From Phoronis australis (Eukaryota; Animalia; Phoronida), in the NCBI GenBank assembly GCA_002633005.1, contig NMRA01000160.1:331640-395639 (forward strand): a DNA stretch of 64,000 nucleotides. The letters are read 5' to 3'. Position 1 is the first letter of the stretch; every line of letters starts with the position of its first letter. Shown here one piece after another: positions 61,990-64,000 of this stretch. The notes under the pieces are model-generated. The model was given only the letters and a program-made list of their open reading frames with translations. It did no database searches and had not been told where the DNA came from. The translations under genes were made by a program, and so were the position numbers.

Positions 61990-64000
61990 CTCACTCTCAA
62001 CCGATTCTCGAACCAACACCCCACTCTGCGACCTGTAAAATGCTAAATCCTTCAAGAGCTTCCGCAATTGTCCTACCGATAACCTCCTTATCAACACGTC
62101 CACCCCTTTCCAAGACAGCAAAACCACCTGACACTCCCTCAAACACCTACCCCTAGGTGCCGCCTGTCCTAACTCCCTACATACCCTCACCACCTCCCCC
62201 AACTCCCCAAAAATTTCCCCCACTTTCCAACAACCACGCTATAATCACTGCTAAATCCCCACTCCCCACTGAAACTTCACCTACAAAACAACATCCCGCC
62301 CAATTACATTGCTCCGTCCACACTAACCTCTTCCCCGTAAACCACTCATCGTCCATGAGCAACCCCGCCAACCCCTCTGCCTTAACCTCCCGCTCATTAC
62401 TCCCCATTCTCCAAGCTAACTTCCTGAACCTCAACACAAGACTCTTCGCCATCTCCCTTCCTGGGTCCGCTTCTACCAGACTCGAAATAACCTTGAAAGG
62501 CTCCATCAGCTCTTCCCCTCTCAAAGCTGCCACCAATTCTTCGAAAACCCGTTGAGCCATCCTACAAACAATCTTAACAATTAATAAGGCATATAGGACA
62601 AATATACTCTTCCATATCACTGAACTTCTGCTCATTAGCTCCCACACACAGCACAAGAAACCACTCTAAACACCCATCACACTGAACCATTAAAGTCCCA
62701 TCGTTGGGTTCTCTACAAATGCAATGACATTTACTTTTAACACTTCCCACCTCGCCATAACCTCTGAATCATCCCTTACCTTTTTCACCCACCAAGGCAA
62801 CTTATATTCTGCTCATTTACATCTTTTCATTCTATCATAATTTACCACTGTCAGCCGATCTCTTGTCTTAACCTGAAACACATAATCCGACAATTTAGCA
62901 ACAATAATTGCCGGCTCCTCCCAACATGGCATCAACTTTTTATATAACATCGGATCTTTACAAACCCGTTCCTCCACCAACATCACCACTTCCCTTACCT
63001 GATAACCCAGCCGGTCAACACTAAGGCCATAGTATCCCTTCACAATCCTCTGAATATGTTTGGGGGGCATTCCTACCAATCTGATGTATATCACAAAGAA
63101 CAGTCTCCAACTTTTTATCATAATCCTCCTCAATCGTGCATTCCTCCTCTTCTAACAAGGACAATTCCGGGGACACCAGATCAGCTGGGGAACTTACCTC
63201 ACGTCCCAATATAAAAAATTCGGAATAAACCCTGTGCTCCGATTAACAGACGCTCTCATCGCACCAGCCAACTGAGATAAAAATAAATCCCAAACCTGTT
63301 GATGTTATCAACATAACATCAAAGTACATCCATTAATGTTCTGTTAAACCGCTCCACTTGACCATTGCAAGACAACCCATTGGCGGTCGTCCGACTCTTA
63401 TGACTATGTAACAATTTGCATATCAACTTGAACAATTTACTCTCAAAATCAGCTCCCAGGTTACTAATAATGTTCAAAGGAAATCCAGTACGAATAAAGA
63501 ACTCGTTAACTGCTGCCCTAGCTGTCACCTCAGCGGACTGAAATGGCAACGGCTCACATTCAACCCATTTCGTAATCCGATCAACCAACATTAGCACATA
63601 CTCAATTCCTCTCTCAGTCCAACTCAAAGGCCCTAAAAATCGACATGAACCCTCTCCATAGGAACTCCGGAATAAAACTGAGTCATAGGAGCCCTAGCCT
63701 TTCTGCTCGCCTTCTTCCCCATTCTACACTGAACACCTGACTCAACATGCCTCCGAACATCATTACTCATACCATTCCACGTACACTCCCTCAACCTTGG
63801 CCAACGTCCTCACAACGTACCATTGATGACCTGCTAATGCAACATCATAATATATATCAACACCTGATCCTTGAACGACTCAGGAACTAAAATCACCATT
63901 TCACCCCCTTTACTCCGCTTCATTAACAAGCCTCGTATTATCTGATATATTTCCTTATCGACAAAAAACTTCTTTTCGCCCCTAATCAGCAGAAACATAT
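61990..64000 (-). mobile_element. Degenerate Gypsy-type LTR retrotransposon: integrase region and downstream sequence
   Basis: YVLMLVDRITKWVECEPLP..FGFP-like..SRTTA..NGQVERFNRTL integrase core and KKLMPCWEEP..VVNYDRMK C-terminal module, with many frameshifts. Confidence 0.82.

Noticed and set aside
62157-62656. 132-aa and 159-aa ORFs as host genes
   Set aside because: They lie within the strand-biased, degenerate Gypsy remnant and show no independent domain evidence.

Overview
This is eukaryotic, repeat-rich animal DNA, probably from a marine invertebrate such as a lophotrochozoan (inferred), with three assembly gaps. It holds three clear host genes, all intronless: a class A GPCR (14834-15886, +) and two tandem-duplicated LRR-Ig-transmembrane receptors (41727-44501 and 49486-52293, -). 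The rest is a nested transposon landscape. The largest element is an 18.9-kb PIF/Harbinger element (19544-38410; 24-bp TIRs, CAG TSD) with a spliced Myb/SANT gene and a convergent, dead spliced transposase. One intron of that element hosts an RLE (HERO/R2-like) non-LTR retrotransposon with a 350-bp direct terminal repeat. Also present are two inverted TTAA-flanked Sola3-like elements, a solo LTR, Penelope remnants (one with a minimal hammerhead), Gypsy and LINE remnants, and many MITEs. The strongest unusual candidates are a 523-bp mini-LTR element whose LTRs carry a tRNA-type Pol III promoter (58780-59302), the terminal repeat with a hammerhead-like core in the RLE element, and surface-biased divergence of the LRR receptor pair. 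All calls were made by eye, without database searches.
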